Positions 51,404-64,000 of a stretch of DNA of 64,000 nucleotides are shown here, piece after piece. Numbering within the stretch: position 1 is the stretch's first letter; the number at the start of each line of letters is the position of its first letter. The DNA is from Eledone cirrhosa (Eukaryota), in NCBI GenBank assembly GCA_964016885.1, contig OZ024744.1, positions 116,498,001 to 116,562,000 of the forward strand. The letters are read 5' to 3'. The notes beneath the pieces are model-generated. The model was given only the letters and a program-made list of their open reading frames with translations, was not told the origin of the DNA and ran no database searches. The position numbers and the translations under genes are program-made.

Positions 51404-51481
51404 ATCACCCACTGATGAGTTTTAATCGGTAATTCTATTCACAATTAACTTTGTGAAACAACAACAAGTTGTCTGGGTGAT
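51404..51481 (+). ncRNA. Type I hammerhead ribozyme motif (GUC cleavage triplet at 51471-51473)
   Basis: ATCACCCA-CTGATGA-[36 nt, imperfect stem II]-GAAA-CAAC aacaa GTTG-TC-TGGGTGAT. Perfect 8-bp stem I, perfect stem III, both core boxes intact. Confidence 0.8.
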
Positions 51482-51562
51482 TGGTAGTTACCACAATTCC
51501 GGTTTGTATTTATTTTCTTAATTTTTTCTTAAATTGAGACAAGCAAACCCAACTGTCTATAG

Positions 51563-53687
51563 CAGGGGTCACCAAACTTTTTTCACAGTGGGCCGGATAA
51601 CTGAAAGAATGACGAGCGCGGGCCGCATAATCATTCTGTTCAATACTTGCAAGCCAGAACGAAAGCTCTGAGAAAAAAGACGAAACACTACGTTTAGCAT
51701 TCCATGTTAATCATGGGTGAGTGGCGTGCAATGCACAAAAAACAAAGACATCCAACATATTTATTTACTAAAAAGTTATCAAAGGAGGCGACATTAGCAA
51801 AAATATAGTTACATCAGACCTAGTGTGCACATATCCGAATCTTACAAACTAAGCAACAAAAAAGGTTAGTGAGATTTGTGGAACTGACGTTTGGCTTTCA
51901 AGATATCATCAATGTTTGGTTTGGAATTGCAGCATCCAATCAAGAGAATTGCTTTCAAATGTTCCTCAGTCAATCTCGTTCGATGTGTTGACTTCATATA
52001 CTTCATTTTTGAGAATGTTTGCTCACAGACATAAGTTGTTCCAAACAATGATGCCATACCAGTGGCAAATTTCTTCAATTTCGGAAACTCAACATCAGGT
52101 AAGAAGTGGTAAAATTCAACAAGTTTTCCTTCTCTGTGCTTCTCTTTCAACAAGTCATTTGCTTGCAAATCAATGAGCTCCAACTGTAGTTCAACTGGCA
52201 CATCATCAAGGTTACAATCAAACTCTTTGAAACAGTGAAAATGAGAGAAGTTTTCTCCTTCCAGTTGTGCTTCAAACAATGACAGCTTTCTCCGAAATCC
52301 TTTGATGATTCTGTAGAGATCACAGACAAGGTTATCCTTACCCTGAAGTTTCAAGTTCAGTTCATTCTTGTGGGATGTGATGTCGACCAAAAATGACAAC
52401 TGTGACAGCCAGGTAGGATCTGACAGCTGTAGATCAGCTCTATCTTTTTCAGTGAGAAAAACATCTATTTCGTTTCGGAGCTTGTAAAAACGAAACAGGA
52501 CTTTACCACAGCTGAGCCACCTCACTGCTGTGTGATAAGGCAAGTCACAGAAATCCGAATCAATTTCTTCAAGAAAAGCCTGGAACTGATGGTAATTGAG
52601 TGCCTGTCCCCGAATGAAGTTCTCAGCAGAAACGACTGGTTTCAGTACACAAGAAATATCCAAGTCTTTCCCACAGAGTGCTTGCTAATGTATGATGCAG
52701 TGTATGAACAGAGCGCCTGGAATTTGCAAATCTTCCAACTGAGTCCTGATCTGCCCGACCAGACCATTCCTCACTCCAGCCATGTTTTTTCCTCCATCAA
52801 CTGTAACACCTCGAAGCTGATTCCACTGAAGGCTATAGTCTTGCAAAGGTTTCTGCACTTTCATGGAAATGTCTTTTCCAGTTGTTGTTCCATGCATGCA
52901 GCAAACGGATGCCAACTCTTCCGTTATCTGAAAGTCCAAATTGACACCATGAATGAACACGAGAAGTTGTGACATACTCGAGAGATCAGCAGACTCATCC
53001 AGCGCCAGAGAATACTACAACAAGTTCCTAGCTTTCTCGTGTATCTGTAGCACTATGTTTTCTCCAAGTTCTTCTATTCTCCACACAACTGAACTTGCCA
53101 AACAAATCGGCTTTCTCAGGACACAAGTCATTTGCTGCTTCCATCATACACTCTTTGATGAAGTTGCCATCGGTAAACGGTTTTCCTTGCTCTGCCAACT
53201 TATGCACTATTTTGTAACTTGTACGAGTGACAGATTCATTTTCAGCAAACTTTCTCATGAAGAGATTTCTTTGAGTTTCTAAACCATGTTTCATGAACTC
53301 ATATTTCTCAGAGCGTAACTTTGCAGAAAACTTTGAATATGTTGATAGATGTTTTATTTCATAGTGACGCCGAAGATTGTACTCTTTCAAAATGGCAACA
53401 CTTTCGCCGCATACCACGCAACTAGCTTTCTGGTCCTTTGTTTCCACAAAGAAGTACTTTACTCCCCATTCTTCATTGTAAACGTGACACTCGGCGTCCA
53501 CTTTTCTTTTCTTAGTAGCCATAATAAAGGGTGAAGAAAACGGGATCTGAAAATGAAACAGACATTGAATTAGAAACATCTCGTGTTCCATCCGTTTTAT
53601 CACGCAAATGCAAGTACCATCGGCGGGCCTGATGAACTGACGTCGCAGGCCTGATCCGGCCCGCAGGCCGTAGTTTGGTGACCCCTG
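51563..53687 (-). mobile_element. hAT DNA transposon (Buster/Charlie group), intact 16-bp TIRs and 8-bp TSD
   Basis: CAGGGGTCACCAAACT (51563-51578) and AGTTTGGTGACCCCTG (53672-53687). TSD GTCTATAG at 51555-51562 and 53688-53695. Confidence 0.97.
51866..53522 (-). pseudogene. Disrupted hAT transposase (GTF2IRD2/EPM2AIP1/SPIN-like family)
   Basis: MATKKRKV..zinc finger CVVC..NLRRHYEIKH, ALDESAD, TVDGGKNM, HCIIH*QAL (TAG at 52685), VRWLS, FGTTYVCEQTFSKMK. Frameshifts and deletions near 53000-53100. Confidence 0.92.
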
Positions 53688-53804
53688 GTCTATAGTTAGT
53701 ATTCTTTTCACCTTAGCGAATCCGATCCCTTATGATTTGAACACATATATGTATATGTCTGTGTTCGTTTTTCTTTTATATTCTATTATAATATACATGC
53801 ATAT

Positions 53805-53835
<31 letters not shown>

Positions 53836-54289
53836 CATACATAAATACATACATACATATATACATACATACATGATGGCTGTCCCCTCGTTATCGAGTA
53901 TGGCCAGTATCGTGGTCAGCCTATGAATCTTTCAACTGATCCTCATAATTTGAATTTGAAAGAAATTTGGCTGCTATATCTAGTATGTTGAACGACCACA
54001 TGGACATTCCTCTCGTTGATTCTTAATCTTCTATGTCAATTAATTAGGTCAGCTATGTAATTAATATAGATTATCTCCTGAAGTTTATAAGTACATTGTT
54101 GTTGGAGGGGGGATTTAGAGGGTGGGGAGGAGTTGCTTGAGGGGGAGGGGGCATTAGCAGGGTGGGTGAAGGGGGAGGAGGGTGTTGTTTACTTCATTAA
54201 CACCAACTACATAATTAGTTATACCAATTCATTAAAAAGATTTGTTTGAAATTTACCCCCCCCCCCATTTATATATATATGAATGTGTA

Positions 54290-54550
54290 TGTGAGTGAAT
54301 GTGTGTGTGAGTGTGTGTGTGTAAGTCTGTGTGTGTGTGTTTGGTCATGTGGATGTGTGTGTGAGTGTGTGTGAATGTGTGTTTGGTCATGTGTATGTGT
54401 GTGTGTGTCAGTGTTTTGTCATGTGTGTGTGTATATGTGTGTATGGTCATGTGTATGTGTGTGTGTTTGGTCATATGTATGTGTGTTTATGGTCATGTAT
54501 GTGTGTATGTGTGTGTGGCCGTGTACATGTGTGTATGTGTGTGTGTGTGT
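54290..54550. repeat. (TG)n-rich degenerate microsatellite
   Basis: Direct inspection. Confidence 0.9.
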
Positions 54551-54752
54551 TCTCATTTGCCACCAAGACACCAGGTGTTGCTCTTTTGAACCTTTTCACC
54601 CCCACCCCACACATATACCCCTCTCCAGGGGTGGGATGGGATCAGCAGATTTGGTTGACCCTCTTCACCCCCACCCACATAAAAATATCATAGTCGTTTA
54701 TTCTGGCTATTTACTTTCTGTGGGAGTCAATAAAATACCAGTACCATACTAT

Positions 54753-55091
54753 GGAGGCACATGGCTTAGTGGTTAGAGCATTGGCCTTGCAATCGAAGGG
54801 TTTTGAGTTCAATTCTCAGACCGGGTGATGTGTTGTTTCCTTGAGCAAGACACTTTATTTCACATTGCTCCAGTTTACTCAGCTGTATAAATGAGATGAT
54901 AGGGACTGGGGTCCCTATCATTCCACTGCAAAGTGGTCGTGGAGGTGCCACAGCAAAAAAGCACCCAGCACTCACTGTAAATGAGGTTGGTGTTAGGAAG
55001 GGCATCCAGCTGTAGAAATGAAGCCAGAATCAGTTCCCGTCCCACCCTTGCAAGCAAGGAAAAGCGGACGTAAAATGATGATGATGATGAT
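54753..55091 (+). mobile_element. Full-length tRNA-derived SINE with RTE-derived 3' tail
   Basis: A box TGGCTTAGTGG, B box GAGTTCAATTC, central GGTTGGTGTTAGGAAGGGCATCCAGCTGTAGAAA domain, tail CCCACCCTTGCAAGC..GCGGACGTAAAA(TGA)n. Confidence 0.9.
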
Positions 55092-55198
55092 ACCACCAGT
55101 CATGTACTGGGGTCAATCTCATCAACTTTGCCCTCCTCTGCTAAATTTACTGCTTACATCAAAATTAAATATATATTTCCTATTCAAATCATTCAAAC

Positions 55199-55890
55199 TA
55201 TCATCATTTTACGTCCGCTCTGCCCTGCTTGCAAGGGTGGGAAGGGTCCTATTCAGCACAGCATCTCTCCACTTGTCACGGTCCTTCGTCATCTCCTCTG
55301 TGAGCTTCAACAATCTGAGGTCAGCTCTCACCACCTCCACCCATGTTTTTTGTGGTCTGCCTCTACCACGTCTTCCTTCTACTGCGATTTCCTGGCACTT
55401 CTTTACCCATCGGTCATCCTCCATGCGCATCACATGTCCATACCAGCTCAGTCTTCTCTCCTGCACACCACAACTTATCCCTCTTATACAGTTTCACCCT
55501 CAATTATGCTCGATCATTCACACACATTGACATTGCACATCCAACGGAGCATACTTGCTTCATTTCTCTCCAGCTGTCACATATCCTCTGCAGTTGCTGC
55601 CCATGTCTCACTACCATGCAACATCGCGCATCTCACACAGGCCTTCCGTACGTAGGGAGAAACCCTTCTTTGTCAACAGAGGAAGCAGCTCCCTAAACTT
55701 CTCCCAACCCGTCCTTATTCTAGATACTATGGCCTCAGAGCACCCTCCTCCCGTGCTAATCTGATCACCTAGGTACTGGAAGCTATCAACCACTTCTATA
55801 GGTCCTACCTGCATTTGAAAAATGTGTCTATCAATGCGACTTCTACTGTTAAACTTCCCTATACATCTACTGCATACGTAGTTTTCCTCC
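55199..55890 (-). mobile_element. RTE LINE 3' fragment
   Basis: ORFs 55611..55814 and 55209..55466 (FQYLGDQI, GWEKFRELLP, RLSWYGHVMRM, GRGRPQKTW). Same family as 50246-51263. Confidence 0.92.
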
Positions 55891-55892
55891 TG

Positions 55893-55898
<6 letters not shown>

Positions 55899-55973
<75 letters not shown>

Positions 55974-56019
55974 TTCTACCTGTATAAAAGTCTCTCTCTC
56001 TCCACCTATAATATGTCTC

Positions 56020-56072
<53 letters not shown>

Positions 56073-56200
56073 CTTTCTCTCTCTCTCTTTCTACCTGTAT
56101 ATAAGTCTCTCTCTCTCCACCTATAATATGTCTCTCACTCTCTCTTTCTCCCTCTCTCTCTCTCTCTCTCTCTACCTGTATAATGTCTCTCTCTCTCTCC
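55899..56200. repeat. (CT)n-rich compound microsatellite
   Basis: Direct inspection. Confidence 0.95.
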
Positions 56201-56212
56201 ACCTGTAAATAA

Positions 56213-56398
56213 TAATTGTTTCTACTTTTGGCACAAGGCCAGCAATTATACCAGTACATTACTGGTACTTTATTTTATCAACCCTGTAAGGATGAAAGGT
56301 AAAGTTAACCTCGACGGGATATGGACTGAGACTGTAAAGGGACGTAACTCTATGCTGCAAAGCATGGCGTCCGACTCTATAACGATACTGCCAATTCA
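56213..56398 (-). mobile_element. MetaSINE-like tRNA SINE
   Basis: Colinear with 47516-47690. Confidence 0.85.
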
Positions 56399-56546
56399 CC
56401 ACCCTATAATCTCTCTTTCTACCTCACCCTATCTCTCTCTATCCCCTCTCTCTTCCTCTATATGTGTCTCTATCAATATTACCCCCTCCCTTCTTCATGT
56501 ATGTATTTTCATGTTTCGCGAAACTAAACTCTGAAAAAAGAAGCTG

Positions 56547-59500
56547 ATTGTCACATATTCACCTGTGTCACACATTGACCTGTCTCACATATTGATATGT
56601 GTCACATATTGAGATGTGTCACATATTGACCTGTGTCACAAATTGACCTGTGGTACATATTGACCTATGTCATATATTGACCTGTGTCACACAATGACCT
56701 ATGTCCGATAATGACCAATGTGAGATAATGACCAATGTGAGATAATGACCAATGTGAGATAATGACCAATGTGAGATAATGCCCAATGTGAGATAATGAC
56801 CAATGTGAGATAATGACAATGTGAGATAATGACCAATGTGAGATAATGACAATGTGAGATGATGACAATGTGAGATAATGACAATGTGAGATAATTACAA
56901 TGTGAGATAATGACCAATGTGAGATAATGACCAATGTGAGATAATGACCAATGTGAGATAATGCCCAATGTGAGATAATGACCAATGTGAGATAATGACA
57001 ATGTGAGATAATGACCAATGTGAGATAATGACAATGTGAGATAATGACAATGTGAGATAATGACAATGTGAGATAATTACAATGTGAGATAATGACAATG
57101 TGAGATAATGACGATGTGAGATAATGACAATGTGAGATAATGACGATGTGAGATAATGACCAATGTGAGATAATGACTCATGTGAGATAATGACCAATGT
57201 GAGATAATGACAATGTGAGATGTTGACAATGTGAGATAATGACAATGTGAGATAATGACAAGGTGAGATAATGCCAAAGTGAGATAATGACAATGTGAGA
57301 TAATGACAATGTGAGATAATGACAATGTGAGATAATGACAATGTGAGATAATGACAATGTGAGATAATGACAATGTGAGATAATGACGATGTGAGATAAT
57401 GACAATGTGAGATAATGACCAATGTGAGATAGATAATGACAAAGTGAGATAATGACAATGTGAGATAATGACCAATGTGAGATAATGACCAATGTGAGAT
57501 AATGACCAATTGGAGATAATGACCAATGTGAGATAATGACAATGTGAGATAATGACAATGTGAGATAATGACAAATGTGAGATAATGACAATGTGAGATA
57601 ATGACAATGTGAGATAATGACAATGTGAGATAATGACGATGTGAGATAATGACAATGTGAGATAATGACCAATGTGAGATAATGACAAAGTGAGATAATG
57701 ACAATGTGAGATAATGACCAATGTAAGATAAGGACAAAGTGAGATAATGACAATGTGAGATAATGACCAATGTGAGATAATGACCAATGTGGGATAATGA
57801 CCAATTGGAGATAATGACCAATGTGAGATAATGACAATGTGAGATAATGACAATGTGAGATAATGACCAATGTGAGATAATGACCAATGTGAGATAATGA
57901 CAAAGTGAGATAATGACCAATGTGAGATAATGACAATGTGAGATAATGACCAATGTGAGATAATGAGCAATGTGTGATAATGACAATGTGAGATAATGAC
58001 AATGAGAGATAATGACAATGTGAGATAATGAAAATGTGAGATAATGACAATGTGAGATAATGACAATGTGAGATAATGACCAATGTGAGATAATGACCAA
58101 TGTGAGATAATGACAAATGTGAGATAATGACAATGTGAGATACTGACAATGTGAGATAATGAGCAATGTGAGATAATGACAATGTGAGATAATGACAATG
58201 TGAGATAATGACAATGTGAGATAATGACAATGTGAGATAATGACCAATGTGAGATAATGACAATGTGAGATAATGACAATGTGAGATAATGACCAATTTG
58301 AGATAATGACCAGTGTGAGATAATGACAATGTGAGATAATGACCAATGTGAGATAATGACAATGTGAGATAATGACAATGTGAGATAATGACCAATTGGA
58401 GATAATGACCAATGTGAGATAATGACAATGTGAGATAATATCAATGTGTGATAATGACAATGTGAGATAATGACAATGGGAGATAATGACAATGTGAGAT
58501 AATGACAATGTGAGATAATGACCAATGTGAGATAATGACCAATGTGAGATAATGACAATGTGAGATAATGACCAATGTGAGATAATGACAATGTGAGATA
58601 ATGACCAATGTGAGATAATGAGCAATGTGAGATAATGACCAATGTGAGATAATGACAATGTGTGATAATGACAATGTGAGATAATGACAATGGGAGATAA
58701 TGACAATGTGAGATAATGACAATGTGAGATAATGACCAATGTGAGATAATGACCAATGTGAGATAATGACAATGTGAGATAATGACCAATGTGAGATAAT
58801 GACCAATGTGAGATAATGAAGATGTGAGATAATGACCAATGTGAGATAATGACAATGTGAGATAATGACCAATGTGAGATAATGACCAATGTGAGATAAT
58901 GACAATGTGAGATAATGACGATGTGAGATAACGACCAATGTGAGATAATGAGCAATGTGAGATAATGACAATGTGAGATAATGACAATGTGAGATAATGA
59001 CAATGTGAGATAATGACAATGTGAGATAATGACAATGTGAGATAATGACAATGTGAGATAATGACAATGTGAGATACTGACAATGTGAGATAATGAGCAA
59101 TGTGAGATAATGACAATGTGAGATAATGACAATGTGAGATAATGACAATGTGAGATAATGACAAAGTGAGATAATGACCAATGTGAGATAATGACAATGT
59201 GAGATGATGACAATGTGAGATAATGACCAATTTGAGATAATGACCAGTGTGAGATAATGAAAATGTGAGATAATGACCAATGTGAGATAATGACAATGTG
59301 AGATAATGACAATGTGAGATAATGACCAATTGGAGATAATGACCAATGTGAGATAATGACAATGTGAGATAATGACCAATTTGAGATAATGACCAATGTG
59401 AGATAATGACCAATGTGAGATAATGACAATGTGTGATAATGACAATGTGAGATAATGACAATGGGAGATAATGACAATGTGAGATAATGACAATGTGAGA

Positions 59501-62500
59501 TAATGACCAATGTGAGATAATGACCAATGTGAGATAATGACAATGTGAGATAATGACCAATGTGAGATAATGACAATGTGAGATAATGACCAATGTGAGA
59601 TAATGAGCAATGTGAGATAATGACCAATGTGAGATAATGACAATGTGTGATAATGACAATGTGAGATAATGACAATGGGAGATAATGACAATGTGAGATA
59701 ATGACAATGTGAGATAATGACCAATGTGAGATAATGACCAATGTGAGATAATGACAATGTGAGATAATGACCAATGTGAGATAATGACCAATGTGAGATA
59801 ATGAAGATGTGAGAGAATGACCAATGTGAGATAATGACAATGTGAGATAATGACCAATGTGAGATAATGACCAATGTGAGATAATGACAATGTGAGATAA
59901 TGACGATGTGAGATAACGACCAATGTGAGATAATGAGCAATGTGAGATAATGACAATGTGAGATAATGACAATGTGAGATAATGACAATGTGAGATAATG
60001 ACAATGTGAGATAATGACAATGTGAGATAATGACAATGTGAGATGATGACCAATGTGAGATGATGACAATGTGAGATAATGACCAATGTGAGATAATGAC
60101 AATCTGAGATAATGACCAACGTGAGATAATGACCAATGTGAGATAATGACCAATGTGAGATAATGACCAATGTGAGATAATGACAATGTGAGATAATGAC
60201 CAACGTGAGATAATGACCAATGTGAGATAATGACCAATGTGAGATAATGACCAATGTGAGATAATGACAATGTGAGATAATGACCAATGTGAGATAATGA
60301 CAATGTGAGATAATGACAATGTGAGATAATGACCAACGTGAGATAATGACAATGTGAGATAATGACAATGTGAGATAATGACCAATGTGAGATAATGACC
60401 AATGTGAGATAATGAGCAATGTGAGATAATGACAATGTGAGATAATGACAATGTGAGATAATAACAATGTGAGATAATGACAATGTGAGATAATGACAAT
60501 GTGAGATAATGACCAATGTGAGATAATGACCAATGGGAGATAATGACCAACGTGAGATAATGACAATGTGAGATAATGACAATGTGAGATAATGACTCAC
60601 GTGAGATAATGACAATGTGAGATAATGACCAATGTGAGATAATGACAATGTGAGATAATGACAAAGTGAGATAATGACCAATGTGAGATAATGACAATGT
60701 GAGATAATGACAAATGTGAGATAATGACAATGTGAGATAATGACCAATGTGAGATAATGACAATGTGAGATAATGACAATGTGAGATAATGACCAATGTG
60801 AGATAATGACCAATGGGAGATAATGACCAACGTGAGATAATGAAAATGTGAGATAATGACCAATGTGAGATAATGACCAATGTGAGATAATGAGCAATGT
60901 GAGATAATGACAATGTGAGATAATGACCAATGTGAGATAATGACAATGTGAGATAATGACCAACGTGAGATAATGACAATGTGAGATAATGACCAATGTG
61001 AGATAATGACCAATGTGAGATAATGAGCAATGTGAGATAATGACAATGTGAGATAATGACAAGGTGAGATAATGACAATGTGAGATAATGACCAATGTGA
61101 GATAATGACAATGTGAGATAATGACAATGTGAGATAATGACCAATGTGAGATAATGACCAATGTGAGATAATGAGAACGTGTGATAATGACAATGTGAGA
61201 TAATGACCAATGTGAGATAATGACCAATGGGAGATAATGACCAATGTGAAATAATGACAATGTGAGATAATGACAATGTGAGATAATGACCAATGTGAGA
61301 TAATGACAATGTGAGATAATGACAAATGTGAGATAATGACAATTTGAGATAATGACCAATGTGAGATAATGACAATGTGAGATAATGACAATGTGAGATA
61401 ATGACAATGTGAGATAATGACCAATGTGAGATAATGACAATGTGAGATAATGACCAATGTGAGATAATGACAATGTGAGATAATGACAATGTGAGATAAT
61501 GACCAATGTGAGATAATGACAATGTGAGATAATGACAATGTGAGATAATGACCAATGTGAGATAATGACCCATGTGAGATAATGAGCAATGTGAGATAAT
61601 GACAATGTGAGATAATGACAATGTGAGATAATGACAATGTGAGATAATGACAATGTGAGATAATGACAATGTGAGATAATGACCAATGTGAGATAATGAC
61701 CAATGGGAGATAATGACCAACGTGAGATAATGACAATGTGAGATAATGACAATGTGAGATAATGACAATGTGAGATAATGACCAATGTGAGATAATGACA
61801 ATGTGAGATAATGACAATGTGAGATAATGACCAATGTGAGATAATGACAATGTGAGATAATGACAAATGTGAGATAATGACAATGTGAGATAATGACAAT
61901 GTGAGATAATGACAATGTGAGATAATGACAATGTGAGATAATGACCAATGTGAGATAATGACCAATGGGAGATAATGACCAACGTGAGATAATGACAATG
62001 TGAGATAATGACCAATGTGAGATAATGACCAATGTGAGATAATGAGCAATGTGAGATAATGACAATGTGAGATAATGACAAATGTGAGATAATGACAATG
62101 TGAGATAATGACCAACGTGAGATAATGACAATGTGAGATAATGACCAATGTGAGATAATGACAATGTGAGATAATGACAATGTGAGATAATGACAATGTG
62201 AGATAATGACCAATGTGAGATAATGACCAATGGGAGATAATGACCAACGTGAGATAATGACAATGTGAGATAATGACCAATGTGAGATAATGACCAATGT
62301 GAGATAATGAGCAATGTGAGATAATGACAATGTGAGATAATGACCAATGTGAGATAATGACAATGTGAGATAATGACCAACGTGAGATAATGACAATGTG
62401 AGATAACGACCAATGTGAGATAATGACCAATGTGAGATAATGAGCAATGTGAGATAATGACAATGTGAGATAATGACAATGTGAGATAATGACAATGTGA

Positions 62501-64000
62501 GATAATGACCAATGTGAGATAATGACAATGTGAGATAATGACAATGTGAGATAATGACCAATGTGAGATAATGACCAATGGGAGATAATGAGCAATGTGA
62601 GATAATGACAATGTGAGATAATGACCAATGTGAGATAATGACAATGTGAGATAATGACAATGTGAGATAATGACCAATGTGAGATAATGACAATGTGAGA
62701 TAATGACAATGTGAGATAATGACAATGTGAGATAATGACAACGTGAGATAATGACAATGTGAGATAATGACCAATGTGAGATAATGACAATGTGAGATAA
62801 TGACAATGTGAGATAATGACCAATGTGAGATAATGACCAACTTGAGATAATGAGAACGTGTGATAATGACTCACGTGAGATAATGACAATGTGAGATAAT
62901 GACCAATGTGAGATAATGACCAATGTGAGATAATGAGAACATGTGATAATGACTCATGTGAGATAATGACAATGTGAGATAATGACAATGTGAGATAATG
63001 ACAATGTGAGATAATGACAACGTGAGATAATGACAATGTGAGATAATGACAATGTGAGATAATGACAATGTGAGATAATGACAATGTGAGATAATGACAA
63101 CGTGAGATAATGAAAATGTGAGATAATGACAATGTGAGATAATGACAATGTGAGATAATGACAATGTGAGATAATGACAATGTGAGATAATGACAATGTG
63201 AGATAATGACAATGTGAGATAATGACAACGTGAGATAATGACAATTTGAGATAATTACAATGTGAGATAATGACCAATGTGAGATAATGACAATGTGAGA
63301 TAATGACAATGTGAGATAATGACCAATGTGAGATAATGACAATGTGAGATAATGACAATGTGAGATAATGACCAATGTGAGATATTGACCAATGTGAGAT
63401 AATGACAATGTGAGATAATGACCAATGTGAGATAATGACAATGTGAGATAATGACCAATGTGAGATAATGACTAATGTGAGATAATGACCAATGTGAGAT
63501 AATGACCAATGTGAGATAATGACAATGTGAGATAATGACAATGTGAGATAATGACAATGTGAGATAATGACAATGTGACATAATGACCAATTTGAGATAA
63601 TGACCAATTTGAGATAATGACCAATGTGAGATAATGACAATGTGAGATAATGACAATTTGAGATAATGACAATGTGAGATAATGACAATGTGAGATAATG
63701 ACCAATTTGAGATAATGACAATGTGAGATAATGACAATGTGAGATAATGACCAATGTGAGATAATGACAAAGTGAGATAATGACAATGTGAGATAATGAC
63801 AATGTGAGATAATGACCAATGTGAGATAATGACAATGTGAGATAATGACAATGTGAGATAATGACAATGTGAGATAATGACAATGTGAGATAATGACAAT
63901 GTGAGATAATGACCAATGTGAGATAATGACCAATGGGAGATAATGACCAACGTGAGATAATGACAATGTGAGATAATGACCAATGTGAGATAATGACCAA
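56547..64000 (+). repeat. 16/17-bp minisatellite (AATGTGAGATAATGAC[C])n, >7.4 kb, runs off the window end
   Basis: Interspersed 16- and 17-bp units, roughly 445 copies. Divergent TGTCACATATTGACCTG-like units at 56547-56705. Confidence 0.98.

Noticed and set aside
51866-53522. Domesticated GTF2IRD2/EPM2AIP1-like host gene
   Set aside because: Bounded by TIRs and a TSD, and disrupted by a stop and frameshifts; it is a transposon copy.
54753-54825. tRNA gene
   Set aside because: A/B boxes are present, but it continues into a SINE body and RTE tail; it is a SINE head.
56665-64000. Very long ORFs (1223, 1666, 1948 aa) on the minus strand
   Set aside because: All three frames are open and interconvert, because the repeat unit has no stop codon on that strand and unit lengths are not multiples of 3. 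There is no unique coding sequence.

Overview
Eukaryotic, repeat-dominated window, probably cephalopod (Octopus-like). That assignment is an inference from the SINE/RTE repertoire. No intact host gene is evident. About 70% of the window is three large tandem arrays: a G/T-rich 12-bp satellite (~2.7-15.2 kb), an 80-bp satellite with multi-kb higher-order duplications (~19.2-43.7 kb) and a 16/17-bp minisatellite (56.5 kb to the end). Between them lie nested, decayed mobile elements: three Penelope-like GIY-YIG fragments, several RTE LINE pieces and their partner SINEs, MetaSINE-like tRNA SINEs, a 5'-truncated R4/Dong-like REL retrotransposon, a solo LTR, piggyBac-like MITEs, a Tc1-like fragment and a TIR/TSD-intact hAT (Buster/Charlie-like) element. 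Most notable: (i) two type I hammerhead ribozyme motifs; (ii) the 80-bp satellite appears to derive from a SINE 3' region and carries a dyad palindrome in every unit; (iii) tandem arrays have arisen repeatedly from different TEs; (iv) the REL element shows apparent (CATA)n targeting; (v) a fold-back rearrangement holds two back-to-back RTE tails. The very long ORFs in the ORF track are repeat artefacts.
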